Source of the DNA: Gemmatimonas sp.
Lineage (GTDB): Bacteria; Gemmatimonadota; Gemmatimonadetes; Gemmatimonadales; Gemmatimonadaceae
DNA length: 64,000 bases
Reading direction: 5' to 3'
Assembly: GCA_965279375.1 (NCBI GenBank)
Contig: OZ257156.1
Span: forward strand, 3,232,001-3,296,000
Positions 53,600 to 63,512 of the stretch are shown here, piece after piece; positions within the stretch are counted from its first letter, which is position 1; each line of letters begins with the position of its first letter. Under the pieces are notes generated by a model. It ran no database searches and was not told where the DNA came from. It worked only from the letters and a program-made list of their open reading frames with translations. The translations under genes were made by a program, and so were the position numbers.

Positions 53600-53806
53600 T
53601 CGGACTCTGTGGGCCGGCGCATGGCCGAGCCCGCCATCGGAGACGTTGCGCCACGCCCCAGCTCGCTCTGTCACGACATCGTTGCGAAATTGCGTGATGT
53701 GGACGGCGGCGTCCGGGCTACCTTAGGGCGAGTCCTGTCCAGTCGACTGCCGCGCAGCTCGCGCTGCGGTCTCGTTGTACGGTTCCATTCCCTCCCGATC
53801 CCATCC

Positions 53807-56800
53807 ATGCGTATTCGTTCGAAAGCAGCAGTCTTCCTCGCAGCGGCGGCGCTGTTCGCGGCCTGCTCCGATCGGGGCCCGGTGGTCCCGAGTGCGGCGC
53901 TGATGCCGCAACTGCAGATCAATGCCTCGCCCACGGGCGTTCGAATCAGCGAGATCCACTACGACAATGCGGGCGCGGATGTCGGCGAAGGCGTGGAGAT
54001 TTCGGGGCCTGCGGGAACGGATCTGACGGGCTGGAAAGTGGTGTCGTACAACGGCAATGGTGGGGCGGCGTACGACACGAAGACGCTGAGCGGTTTGATT
54101 CCCGCGACGCCGGGCTGTGGCGTTCGCGGCGTGGTGACGGTCGCGGTGGCCGGGCTGCAGAATGGCGCGCCGGACGGTGTAGCGCTGATCGACGCAAGCA
54201 ATGCGGTGGTCGAGTTCCTCTCGTATGAGGGAACGTTCACGGCGGTCGGTGGCGCCGCCAACGGCATCGTGTCCACGGACATCGGGGTGGTCGAAGTCGG
54301 CACCGAAGCGGCCGGACTCTCGCTGCAGCGAGGCGGGGCGTCCGGTGGCTGGACCGGTCCCGTCGCCGCCACGTTGGGCACCTGCAACGACAACGGTGCG
54401 CAGCCGGTCGTTGACCACATCAACGTTGCGCCTGTTGCGCCGAGCATTCAGGTGGGCGCCACGCAGCAGTTCACGGCGACCGCATTCGACGCAAGCAATC
54501 AGCCGATCCCGGGCGTCACGTTCACCTGGTCGAGCGGCACGCCGGCCACGGCGACGATCAGCTCGACCGGCCTGGCGACGGGTGCTGCGGTCGGCACATC
54601 GGTCATCACCGCGACGTCCGGCAGTGTCTCTGGGACGTCAACGCTCACCGTGACCGCCGCGCAGCAAGTCGTGGTGGACCGCGTCGTCGTGTCGCCCGTT
54701 GATCCGTCGATCGTGCTTGGCGCGACCGTGCAGTTTTCGGCGCGTGCCTTCGACGCGGCGAACGTGGACGTCAGCGGCAGCGTGGCATTCGTGTGGAGCA
54801 GCGGCACTGCCGCGACGGCGAGCGTGTCGGCGGCCGGTCTCGCAACGGGACTCGCGGCGGGCAGCTCGGTGATCAGCGCAACCGCCGGGGGCAAGACTGG
54901 TACGTCGACGCTGACGGTCACCGTGCCGAATCTTCCGCCGACCCGCTTCACCGAGATTCACTACGACAACGCCGGCACCGACGTCAACGAACGCATCGAG
55001 ATTGAAGGTCCGGCCGGCACGGATCTGACCGGTTGGAGCGTCATCCTGTACAACGGCAACGGTGGCGCGTCGTACGACACGTTCTCGCTCACCGGCACGA
55101 TCCCTGCCACCTGCGGCGCACGCGGTGTGGTGGTCGTGAGCTATCTGCAGGACGGCATTCAGAACGGAAAGGCGACCAACGGCACCGGTCAGTCCGACGG
55201 TTTCGCGCTTGTGAACGGCGCGGGTCAGGTGGTCGAGTTCCTTTCCTACGAAGGCACCCTCGTTGCCACCTCGGGGCCGGCAAACGGCACGACGTCGGTC
55301 GATATCGGTGTGCTCGAAGACGGCGTGCCCCTCGCGCAGTCGCTGCATCGCAATGCTGGTGGCATTTGGCAGAGCGCATCGTTGGCTGACTTCGGCGCGT
55401 GCAACAGCGGTGGCGGCACGCCGCTGTCCAACAACAGTGTGTCGTTCACCGGACGGCTCACCACCGACCAGTTCCTCCCAGTCGGCTTCCAGGACCAGCT
55501 GTTCGCCAACGTGCGCGATGCGAGCGGCACGGCGGTGTCGACCACGATCACCTGGTCGTCGCTGACGCCGTCGGTGGCCAGCATCGATGCAACGACCGGC
55601 GTGATGACGTCTCTCGCGGCAGGATCGGCGCGCTTCCGTGCGACGGGCGCTGACGGCTCACAGGGTGACTATGTCCTGCCGATGGATGTCGCGACGCCGA
55701 GCGCGCTGGTGTACGCCGGTAACACGGCCTTCGGTGAACCAACGGATGCTGATCCCAGCGACGACTTCCTGATTCGCCGTCGCGAGTTCACCAGCTCGTA
55801 CAGCCGCATTCGCAACACGCCCAACTACGTGGCCTATCAGTTTGACGCCACGCACGTGGGCGCAGGCGCCGATCGCTGCGACTGCTTCACCTTCGATCCG
55901 ACGCTTCCGTCGAGCTTCCCGCGCTACACCACGGCGGACTACACGGGGGCAGGAGCGTTTGCGGGCTTCGGCATCGACCGCGGCCACCTCGCGCGCTCCT
56001 TCGATCTGACCGCCGGCACGCTCGACAATGCGTCGTCATTCCTCTTCTCCAACATCATCCCGCAAGCGGCCAGTGTGAATCAGGGCCCGTGGGCGAAGTT
56101 CGAGAACTTCCTCGGCAACGAGGCGACGGCGAACAACAGAGAGGTGTACATCATCGCTGGTGTGGCGGGCAAGCTTGCCGGCCCCAATGGCACCGTGAAG
56201 GGACTCGGTCTCATCACCGTGCCCGCTTACGTGTGGAAGGTGGCCGTCATTCTTCCGCGCGATCAGGGGCTCGCCGACGTGGTCAACGGCACCGAGCCGA
56301 CCGTGGTGGCGGTGGTCATGCCCAATGACCCGAGCGTGAGCATCAGCTCCGACTGGCCGCCCTTCCAGGTCACCGTCGATTCGGTTGAAGCATTGAGCGG
56401 CTACAATGTGCTCGCGCTCCTGCCGGACTTCATCGAGACGCAGCTGGAGAAGGGCAATCGCTTCCCCACCGCGCGCTCGGGCGGAGCGTACACGGGCGTG
56501 GAAGGCACGGCGCTCGCGTTCAATGGCGCCACCTCCACCGATCCCGATGCTGGCGATGTCCTGACGTATGCCTGGAGCTTTGGCGACGGCACCGTGGGCA
56601 CGGGCGCCACGCCGACGAAGAGCTACGTCAACAACGGTGTCTACACCGTGACGCTGACCGTCACCGATCAGGGCGGCGCGTCGAGCACGAGCACGACGAC
56701 GGCAACGATCTCCAACGCCGCGCCGGTGGTCACGCTTACGCCTGCCGCATCGTGGAAGGCTGGCATCGCGTCGAGCATCGGTGTGAAATTCTCCGATCTG

Positions 56801-57007
56801 AACTCCAAGGACTCGCCGTTCATCGTGCGCATCAATTGGGGTGACGGAACGGCGCTCACGCAGTTTGCGTCGACGGTCGTTCCCGTCACACCATTCGCTC
56901 GACCGCACGTGTACGCGTCGGCCGGCAGCTACACGGTCACGGTCACCGTCACTGATCGCGATGGCGGTGTCGGTACGCAGACGCTCTCCGTCACGGTGCA
57001 GCCGTGA
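53807..57007 (+). CDS. Multidomain surface lipoprotein nuclease: LTD-Big2-Big2-LTD-Big2-(DNA/RNA non-specific endonuclease)-PKD-PKD
   Basis: Lipobox FAAC; two SEIHYDNAG/TEIHYDNAG lamin-tail-like domains; Ig-like TWSS repeats; NucA-type DRGH...NIIPQ...NQGPWAKFE; PKD motifs WSFGDG and WGDG. Confidence 0.88.
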   Translation: MRIRSKAAVFLAAAALFAACSDRGPVVPSAALMPQLQINASPTGVRISEIHYDNAGADVGEGVEISGPAGTDLTGWKVVSYNGNGGAAYDTKTLSGLIPATPGCGVRGVVTVAVAGLQNGAPDGVALIDASNAVVEFLSYEGTFTAVGGAANGIVSTDIGVVEVGTEAAGLSLQRGGASGGWTGPVAATLGTCNDNGAQPVVDHINVAPVAPSIQVGATQQFTATAFDASNQPIPGVTFTWSSGTPATATISSTGLATGAAVGTSVITATSGSVSGTSTLTVTAAQQVVVDRVVVSPVDPSIVLGATVQFSARAFDAANVDVSGSVAFVWSSGTAATASVSAAGLATGLAAGSSVISATAGGKTGTSTLTVTVPNLPPTRFTEIHYDNAGTDVNERIEIEGPAGTDLTGWSVILYNGNGGASYDTFSLTGTIPATCGARGVVVVSYLQDGIQNGKATNGTGQSDGFALVNGAGQVVEFLSYEGTLVATSGPANGTTSVDIGVLEDGVPLAQSLHRNAGGIWQSASLADFGACNSGGGTPLSNNSVSFTGRLTTDQFLPVGFQDQLFANVRDASGTAVSTTITWSSLTPSVASIDATTGVMTSLAAGSARFRATGADGSQGDYVLPMDVATPSALVYAGNTAFGEPTDADPSDDFLIRRREFTSSYSRIRNTPNYVAYQFDATHVGAGADRCDCFTFDPTLPSSFPRYTTADYTGAGAFAGFGIDRGHLARSFDLTAGTLDNASSFLFSNIIPQAASVNQGPWAKFENFLGNEATANNREVYIIAGVAGKLAGPNGTVKGLGLITVPAYVWKVAVILPRDQGLADVVNGTEPTVVAVVMPNDPSVSISSDWPPFQVTVDSVEALSGYNVLALLPDFIETQLEKGNRFPTARSGGAYTGVEGTALAFNGATSTDPDAGDVLTYAWSFGDGTVGTGATPTKSYVNNGVYTVTLTVTDQGGASSTSTTTATISNAAPVVTLTPAASWKAGIASSIGVKFSDLNSKDSPFIVRINWGDGTALTQFASTVVPVTPFARPHVYASAGSYTVTVTVTDRDGGVGTQTLSVTVQP
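53930..55410 (+). repeat. Internal duplication of the LTD domain (about 53930-54390 and 54930-55410) and of the Ig-like domains
   Basis: DNA-level similarity, e.g. gagatccactacgacaatgcgggc vs gagattcactacgacaacgccggc, and gtggtcgagttcctctcgtatgaggg vs gtggtcgagttcctttcctacgaagg. Confidence 0.8.
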
Positions 57008-57033
57008 CGTTCTCACTCTCTTTTTCCGCACTC

Positions 57034-57780
57034 ATGACCCGGTCCCTGCTTCGCCGCGCGCGTCTCGCACTGAGCATCTCGCTGCTCACCGCCTCGCCGT
57101 TCGCGCTCGAGGCCCAGAGCACGACGATTGCGCTGCCCAATCCGGCGCCCGTTGGCCCGAGCCCCTACTTCCTCTCCGGACCGTTCGGCAAGCCGTCTGC
57201 CTCCTTCCCGGCCTCGTTGGCCGTGGGGCAGACATTCACCGTGCCGCTCGGCTACAGCTTCCTCCAGTCGTTCAGCTTCTGGCTGGCGGAGGATCCGGGG
57301 CTCACCACCAACGGCTCGGCACTGCAGTTCCGTGGCTACGTGGCTGAGTGGGACGGCACGAAGGCGGGGAACGTGCTTTTCAGCAGTGGTGTGATGAGCG
57401 GACAGAACTGCCTGAGTGTTCAGCAGGCGTGCAGCTTCACTGCGCCCAACGTCGCGGTGAACGGCGGTCAGCAGTACGTCGCGTTCCTCAGCTCGGTGGA
57501 GTTCTTCACGCAGATCGCCTCGCCCGATGCGAGCCTCGCGATCAACACGGTGTTCGACGCGGCGTTCGCCTACAGCGGTGGTGCGTTCGTCTCCACCAAC
57601 GCGGGTTCGTCGCTCGCCGATCTGTCGACCATGGATTGGGAGAACACCGGTACGCCGGAGTACCAGACGCAGTTCGCTGCCAATTTCACGACCAACGTCG
57701 TGCCGGAGCCGTCATCGTTCCTGCTGATCATCGCAGGCGGCGCGGGCGTGTGGATGCTTTCGCGACGTCGCCGCGCCTGA
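57034..57780 (+). CDS. PEP-CTERM sorting-domain surface protein
   Basis: Signal peptide; C-terminal VPEPSS + TM helix + RRRRA. Confidence 0.9.
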   Translation: MTRSLLRRARLALSISLLTASPFALEAQSTTIALPNPAPVGPSPYFLSGPFGKPSASFPASLAVGQTFTVPLGYSFLQSFSFWLAEDPGLTTNGSALQFRGYVAEWDGTKAGNVLFSSGVMSGQNCLSVQQACSFTAPNVAVNGGQQYVAFLSSVEFFTQIASPDASLAINTVFDAAFAYSGGAFVSTNAGSSLADLSTMDWENTGTPEYQTQFAANFTTNVVPEPSSFLLIIAGGAGVWMLSRRRRA

Positions 57781-57846
57781 TGCACGCGTTGTAGCGTAGC
57801 GCTGCCGAGCTCGCGCTCGGCACGCGGTCGAGTCACACATTGCCAG

Positions 57847-57879
57847 CACGCCCCGCCGGGACTCCCGCGGGGCGTGTTT
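57847..57879. terminator. Hairpin terminator between convergent genes
   Basis: CACGCCCCGC(C)GGG-ACT-CCCGCGGGGCGTG followed by TTT. Confidence 0.6.
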
Positions 57880-57892
57880 GCGTCTGCACCCC

Positions 57893-58462
57893 CTACGGCG
57901 TGTCGGATCTGGGAAGCATCAGATCGCGCAGGAAGAACGCCGCCAGTTCCGCGCGTCCCTGCAGCCCTGCCTTCCGATACACCTCGACGGCGTGCTGCCG
58001 CACCGTCCGCTCGGAGCGCTGCAACTGCGCCGCTGCCTGCTTGTGCCCTTCGCCCTTGAGCAGCAGCAGCGCCACCTCACGCTCGGCGCGCGTGAGGTTC
58101 CATTCGCTGAATTGCCGGTCGATCGCCGTGGCAAATCCGGCGAGCGCCTGTTCGGCGCTGGAACGCCAGCGATCGCGTTCCATCCGGCGCTGCTCCAGCG
58201 CCTCGTTCGTCGCCGCCAGTGAGGTGCGCGCCTCGCCAAGTGCGGCGGCCGTGCGCCGCCAGCCGCGAAAGAGAATCACGGCGAACGCGAGACTGACCAG
58301 CACCAGCGTCATCTCGAACGCCACGTGGATCGAGAAGAGGCTCTCCGGCCCGTCGAGCACGATGTCGATCGTGCCGCCCACCACGACCAGCACCAGAAAG
58401 CCCGCGAGCAGCAGCGGCAGCGGCCCGTCGAGCACCGCCGCGTCGTCGTTTCCTGTCGACAT
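57893..58462 (-). CDS. Membrane-anchored LuxR-type HTH regulator
   Basis: Two TM helices, a coiled coil, then WNLTRAEREVALLLLKG...SERTVRQHAVEVYRKAG. GAGGA SD before ATG 58462. Confidence 0.88.
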   Translation of the reverse strand: MSTGNDDAAVLDGPLPLLLAGFLVLVVVGGTIDIVLDGPESLFSIHVAFEMTLVLVSLAFAVILFRGWRRTAAALGEARTSLAATNEALEQRRMERDRWRSSAEQALAGFATAIDRQFSEWNLTRAEREVALLLLKGEGHKQAAAQLQRSERTVRQHAVEVYRKAGLQGRAELAAFFLRDLMLPRSDTP

Positions 58463-58675
58463 ATCCGTATCCTCTTGCGCCATCGTCAGTTGGCTAGGGC
58501 CGCGTGGCAACGGACGACTGCCTGGATCTCGACTGGCACGAACACTTGTCTCCCCCTGATCGCGACATCTGTCGGATACGACGTGGACCACAGCGCGCCG
58601 ATGTTGCTAGTGAGGCCGCACAGCATGGGGCGTTAGACGCCAGCGCCGGTCGAATCATATCACACGGAGCCAACG

Positions 58676-59206
58676 ATGTCCTTCCTGCCATCACCCCTGC
58701 ATCCGGCAATTGTGCACCTGCCTATCGCACTTGCCGTACTCGTCCCGCTGTTCGCGATCGGTGCGGTTCTCGCCATCAAGCGCGGCGCGCCGTCGCAGAA
58801 GACGTGGGCGATTCCGTTTGCGCTGATCGCCCTCTTGCTCGTTAGCGGTTGGGCGTCGTTGCAAACCGGCAAGCGCGACGAAGACCGCGCCGAACGTGTA
58901 CTCGGAGAAGCGCCGATCGAAAGCCATGAGGAGGCGGCCGAGGGCTTTCTGGTCGCCACGGGCGTTGTGTTGCTGCTCGCGGGGGCTGGCTTCGCGCGTG
59001 GACAAGTCGGCACTGCCGCGCGCGGCGTTGCTGTCGTAGGCACCATCGCCCTGATGGGGGCGGGATACAACGTTGGGCACACGGGCGGCGCGCTCGTCTA
59101 TCGCAATGGCTCCGCGATGGCCTTTGTCGGCGGTGGCGATGGTGGCGCAGCCGCGGCCACGGCCGATGCCGGCGGCGATGATGATGATGATGACGACGAC
59201 CGGTAG
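58676..59206 (+). CDS. DUF2231-like membrane protein with poly-Asp tail
   Basis: LHPAIVHLPIAL, HEEAA and GHTGGALVY; four TM segments. Confidence 0.78.
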   Translation: MSFLPSPLHPAIVHLPIALAVLVPLFAIGAVLAIKRGAPSQKTWAIPFALIALLLVSGWASLQTGKRDEDRAERVLGEAPIESHEEAAEGFLVATGVVLLLAGAGFARGQVGTAARGVAVVGTIALMGAGYNVGHTGGALVYRNGSAMAFVGGGDGGAAAATADAGGDDDDDDDDR

Positions 59207-61911
59207 GGCCACACGAGCTTGAGCACTTCCAGCAGGACCAGCGGGATGGCTCCCAAGGCCAGCAACAGCGCGCCGTCGGAAAATGGCAGCGGCGTTGTCT
59301 TGAGCACACGACCGAACGACACGCTGTGCTGGCTGAGGAACTGCACGCCGATCGAGAGTACCACGACAGCCAACAGGGCAGGGTTGATCAGGGGGCGAAT
59401 GCGCCAGAGCGGCTTCTGCGCACTGCGCGCCCCGAACGCGCGGAGCAGCTCGCCGAATACCAGCACAGCGAACGCCGCCGATCGCGCGTACGCGAGATCG
59501 CCGCGCTGCAACGCGACGATGAACACCGTGAGCGCCACTCCCGCCGTCAGCATGCCGGTGATCACCATTGTTGGCACGAAGCGGCCGGAGGTGATGCGTT
59601 CTGCGCGTCGGCGCGGCGCGCGTGACATGACGTCGTCATCGATGGCATCCGTGGCGAGACAGAACGCCGGGATGCCATCGGTCACGAGGTTGATCCATAG
59701 CAGATGAATGGGCAAGAGCGGCGCGGGCATGCCGATCAGCACGCAGGCGAGCATGAGCGTCAGCTCGCCGGTGTTGCCCGCGAGCAGATACTGCAGCGTC
59801 TTGCGGATATTGTCGTAGATCCCGCGCCCCTCTTCGACGGCCAGCACGATGGTCGCGAAGTTGTCGTCGGTGATGATCATGTCCGCGGCCTGCTTGGTCA
59901 CCTCCGTACCGGCCCGGCCCATCGCGATGCCGATGTCGGCGCCCTTGAGCGCAGGCGCGTCGTTCACGCCGTCGCCGGTCATCGCCACAACCGCGTCGCT
60001 CCCCTTGAGCGCGCGCACGATACGCAGCTTGTGCTCGGCGGAGACGCGCGCAAACACCGACGTGGTGAGCACCGTCGCGCGAAGCGCGTCGTCTGTGAGT
60101 GCGTCCAGTTGCGTACCGCTCACCGGATCGCCGTGCGTCTTCACGCCAAGCTCGCGCGCGATGGCCGCCGCCGTTTCGGCGTGATCGCCGGTGATCATCA
60201 CCACGCGAATGCCCGCCCGATGGCACGTGGCGATGGCGGCCTTGGCCTCGGCGCGAGGTGGATCGTACATCCCGACCAGCCCAACGAACACCAACTCTCG
60301 TTCTATCTCGTCTGCACTCAACGCGTCGGCCATCGACTCGCTGACATCGCGGTATGCTCCGGCGAGCACTCGCAGCGCAGAGGACGCCATCTTGGCCACC
60401 TGCGCCAGCACGTGCTTGTGATCGTGCGCGGTGATCGGCCGCACTCCGTCGGCAGCTCGAATGTGGGTGCAGCGTTCCAACAGTACGCCGGGCGCTCCTT
60501 TCACCAATGCGCGGCACCCGTCGTTGCCGTGCGCACGAATGCTGCTGCTGCGTTTGCGCTCGGAGTCGAAGGGATGCACCCGCCGCTCCGGCATCGCCTC
60601 GTCGAGCGCAGCACGCGTGACGCCCGCTTTCACGCCGGCCGCGAGCAGCGCCCCCTCGGTCGGATCGCCGACCGTGCTCCATACGCCATCCACTTCAGCA
60701 AGGCGCGCGCTGTTGCAACCGACGAGAATCGTCAGCAGCTCACGCAGGGGCTCGCTCTGCTCGGTGGATGCGGCACTCGCCGTGGCGATGGCGTCGTGGC
60801 GTTCGACCGCTCCTGCCGGACCGTAGCCCTCCCCCGTCACGGAGAACTGTTCTCCAGACACGCGCAGCTCGCGCACGGTCATCTCGCCCACGGTAAGCGT
60901 GCCGGTCTTGTCGGTGCAGATCACGCTGGTTGAACCAAGCGTTTCCACTGCGGCCAGCTTCCTAACCAACGCGCGCTGACGCGCCATGCGCATTGCGCCA
61001 AGTGAGAGCGAAACGGTTACCACAGCCGGCAGCCCCTCAGGTACCGCCGCCACCGCCAGGCTCACCGACGTCATCACGAGCTCCAGCCATGGCGTGCCGC
61101 GCATGACACCCAGCAGCAGCAGCAGGACGACCACGCCCAATGCACCCCACACCAGCACGCGCGCAAAGGCGTTGAGCTTTTGCTGGAAGGGCGTATCCCG
61201 ATCTGCACCGGCCGACTGCAACAGTCCTGCAATGCGGCCGAGTTCCGTCTCCATGGCAACGGATACCACGACGGCCTCGCCGGCACCCGCTGCCACGCTG
61301 GTCCCGAGAAACACCATGTTGTCGCGATCGCCGATGCCGAGCGTGGCGTCGGGGAGCGTCTCTGCCTGCTTCGTGGTCGGGGCCGACTCGCCGGTCAGCG
61401 CGGCCTCCACGCACGTGAGCGAGGACACGCTCAGCAGGCGTGCATCCGCCGCGATCAGATCGCCCGCCTCGAGGTGCAGCACGTCGCCCACGACGATGTC
61501 CATCGCGGCGACCACGATGGTCGCCCCATCGCGACGCACGGTGGCTCGCGGCGCCGTCAGCTCCTGCAGGGCGGCGATGGACCGTTCCGCGCTGAATTCC
61601 TGATAAAAGCCGATGGCGGCATTGAGCAGCACGATGGCGGCAATGGCGGCTGCATCCACGCGTTCGCCGAGCGCGAGCGACAGAGCCCCCGCTCCGATCA
61701 GGATCCAGATGATCAGACCGGAGAACTGCGCGGCCAGAATGCGCAGCGGGTGCACCCGGGGGCCAGCGGCCAGCACGTTTGGACCGTTGTCGGCCAGGCG
61801 GCTCGCCGATTCCGCGGTGGTGAGCCCATCCGGCGACGAACCGAGGCTGGCGAGAACCTGGGCGGTGTCCTGGTCGTGCCAGAGGTGTGGAGCGGAGGCG
61901 GCTGTGGTCAT
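59098..61911 (-). CDS. P-type ATPase, type IIA-like (Ca2+/cation transporting)
   Basis: TGES, VPEGLP, phosphorylation motif DKTGT, KGAP, DPPR, MITGD, TGDGVNDAPAL and WINLVTDG. Start trimmed to ATG 61911. Confidence 0.93.
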   Translation of the reverse strand: MTTAASAPHLWHDQDTAQVLASLGSSPDGLTTAESASRLADNGPNVLAAGPRVHPLRILAAQFSGLIIWILIGAGALSLALGERVDAAAIAAIVLLNAAIGFYQEFSAERSIAALQELTAPRATVRRDGATIVVAAMDIVVGDVLHLEAGDLIAADARLLSVSSLTCVEAALTGESAPTTKQAETLPDATLGIGDRDNMVFLGTSVAAGAGEAVVVSVAMETELGRIAGLLQSAGADRDTPFQQKLNAFARVLVWGALGVVVLLLLLGVMRGTPWLELVMTSVSLAVAAVPEGLPAVVTVSLSLGAMRMARQRALVRKLAAVETLGSTSVICTDKTGTLTVGEMTVRELRVSGEQFSVTGEGYGPAGAVERHDAIATASAASTEQSEPLRELLTILVGCNSARLAEVDGVWSTVGDPTEGALLAAGVKAGVTRAALDEAMPERRVHPFDSERKRSSSIRAHGNDGCRALVKGAPGVLLERCTHIRAADGVRPITAHDHKHVLAQVAKMASSALRVLAGAYRDVSESMADALSADEIERELVFVGLVGMYDPPRAEAKAAIATCHRAGIRVVMITGDHAETAAAIARELGVKTHGDPVSGTQLDALTDDALRATVLTTSVFARVSAEHKLRIVRALKGSDAVVAMTGDGVNDAPALKGADIGIAMGRAGTEVTKQAADMIITDDNFATIVLAVEEGRGIYDNIRKTLQYLLAGNTGELTLMLACVLIGMPAPLLPIHLLWINLVTDGIPAFCLATDAIDDDVMSRAPRRRAERITSGRFVPTMVITGMLTAGVALTVFIVALQRGDLAYARSAAFAVLVFGELLRAFGARSAQKPLWRIRPLINPALLAVVVLSIGVQFLSQHSVSFGRVLKTTPLPFSDGALLLALGAIPLVLLEVLKLVWPYRSSSSSSSSPPASAVAAAAPPSPPPTKAIAEPLR
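59177..59200 (+). repeat. (GAT)5(GAC)3 trinucleotide tract
   Basis: Encodes D8 on the + strand and a Ser run on the - strand. Confidence 0.9.
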
Positions 61912-62067
61912 GCCCGTCTGTTCGCGAGGACCGTGCCGAACGCCGACACTTTCGTGGCGGATTGTCGTACGGTGGCTCACCCCATAACATCATCGCGCGT
62001 CCCGCCCAGTCCGGAGCGGGGCGCGTTCTCGCAATCGGCGCCCCGGTGCGCCACCCGGAGATCGGTC

Positions 62068-63096
62068 ATGTCACTCGGCGACTTCCTGCGCAAGCAGTTC
62101 ATCGACGTCATTCAATGGACCGAGTCGGGTCCTGGCGTGCTCATGCACCGCTTCCCGATGCGGGACATGGAGATCCAGAGCGGCGGCAAGCTGACGGTCC
62201 GCGAGTCGCAGATGGCGCTCTTCGTGAACGAGGGCGTGGCGGCCGACGTCTTTGGCCCCGGACTGCACACGCTGATCACGAGCAACCTGCCGCTGCTCAC
62301 CAATCTCCAGAATTGGGACAAGGCCTTCGAGTCGCCCTTCAAGAGCGACGTGTACTTCTTCTCCACGCGCGTCCAGACCGGACAGCGCTGGGGGACGCAG
62401 CAGCCGATCACGATTCGCGACAAGGAGTTCGGCGCGGTGCGGCTGCGCGCCTTCGGCATGTACAGCTTCCGTATCTCCAACCCGAGCGTCTTTCACGCAA
62501 ACGTTGGTGCAACGGACGCCGAGTACACCGTTGAGCAGATCGACGCGCAGCTTCGCAACAGTGTCATTTCGGGCTTCACCTCCGCGTTCGCGAATTCGCA
62601 GGTGCCCTTTCTCGACATGGCGGCCAATCAGGCGGAGCTGGCCAAGCAGATCGCCGCGTCGGTATCGCCGTCGTTCGAACAGCTCGGGCTGCGCCTCGAG
62701 TCCTTGGTGGTCGAGAACCTCTCGCTGCCAGACGAGTTGCAGAAGCGTCTCGATGAACGCATCAGCATGAACATGATCGGCGACTTGCGAGCCTATACGC
62801 AGTATCAGGCGGCGCAGTCGATTCCGATCGCGGCAGCGAACGAAGGCGGCATCGCTGGACTCGGTGCTGGGTTAGGTGCGGGGATGGGCATTGGCGGTGC
62901 GATGGCCGACGCAATGCGTGCGGGCTCGGCGCCGGCGACACCTGCCGTGCAACCTGCGGCGCCCGGCGAGCCGGTCGCTGTCGGCGGACCCGCGCCCACG
63001 GCGAGCGGCGCGACGAAGTTCTGCATGCACTGCGGCAAGGTGATGCCGGCGCCTGCCAAGTTCTGCCCGGCGTGCGGGCAAGCGCAGCTCGAGTGA
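62068..63096 (+). CDS. SPFH/band-7 domain protein (YdjI-like) with C-terminal zinc ribbon
   Basis: FIDVIQW, LTVRESQ.ALFVNEG, FESPFKSDVYFF, WGT, GAVRLRAFG and CMHC...CPAC. GGAG SD before ATG 62068. Confidence 0.88.
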   Translation: MSLGDFLRKQFIDVIQWTESGPGVLMHRFPMRDMEIQSGGKLTVRESQMALFVNEGVAADVFGPGLHTLITSNLPLLTNLQNWDKAFESPFKSDVYFFSTRVQTGQRWGTQQPITIRDKEFGAVRLRAFGMYSFRISNPSVFHANVGATDAEYTVEQIDAQLRNSVISGFTSAFANSQVPFLDMAANQAELAKQIAASVSPSFEQLGLRLESLVVENLSLPDELQKRLDERISMNMIGDLRAYTQYQAAQSIPIAAANEGGIAGLGAGLGAGMGIGGAMADAMRAGSAPATPAVQPAAPGEPVAVGGPAPTASGATKFCMHCGKVMPAPAKFCPACGQAQLE

Positions 63097-63512
63097 ACGC
63101 ACAGGGCTCTGAATGGGTCGTAGAGGCGTTCGGCTGCGACCCGGCACGTTTGCGCGATCTCGAAGCGATGCAGGCGTTGTTTGCGAGCGCGGTGCGTGAG
63201 CTCTCGCTGCATCCTGTTGCGGACGGCGTTTGGCACCGATTCCCCGGTGCCGGCGGCGTGACTGGACTGTTGCCGCTCGCCGAGTCGCACCTGACGGTGC
63301 ACACCTTTCCCGAGCACGGCTCGTGCTGTCTCAACCTCTTTTGCTGCACTCCGCGTGCGCGCTGGAATTGGGAGGAGCAGTTGGCGACGCAGCTGGGTGC
63401 GACGGAGGTGCTGGTTCGCGTGCTCGATCGGATCTACGCTCCGACCGGTGCATCGAGCATTGCCGCGGCGACGGGAGCCGATGTCGTCGCGGTCGGTAGC
63501 AACGCGTCATGA
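63093..63512 (+). CDS. speD: S-adenosylmethionine decarboxylase proenzyme family protein
   Basis: GVTGLLPLAESHLTVHTFPE, with the E-S pyruvoyl self-cleavage site, and NLFCC. GTGA overlap with the SPFH gene. Confidence 0.85.
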   Translation: MNAQGSEWVVEAFGCDPARLRDLEAMQALFASAVRELSLHPVADGVWHRFPGAGGVTGLLPLAESHLTVHTFPEHGSCCLNLFCCTPRARWNWEEQLATQLGATEVLVRVLDRIYAPTGASSIAAATGADVVAVGSNAS

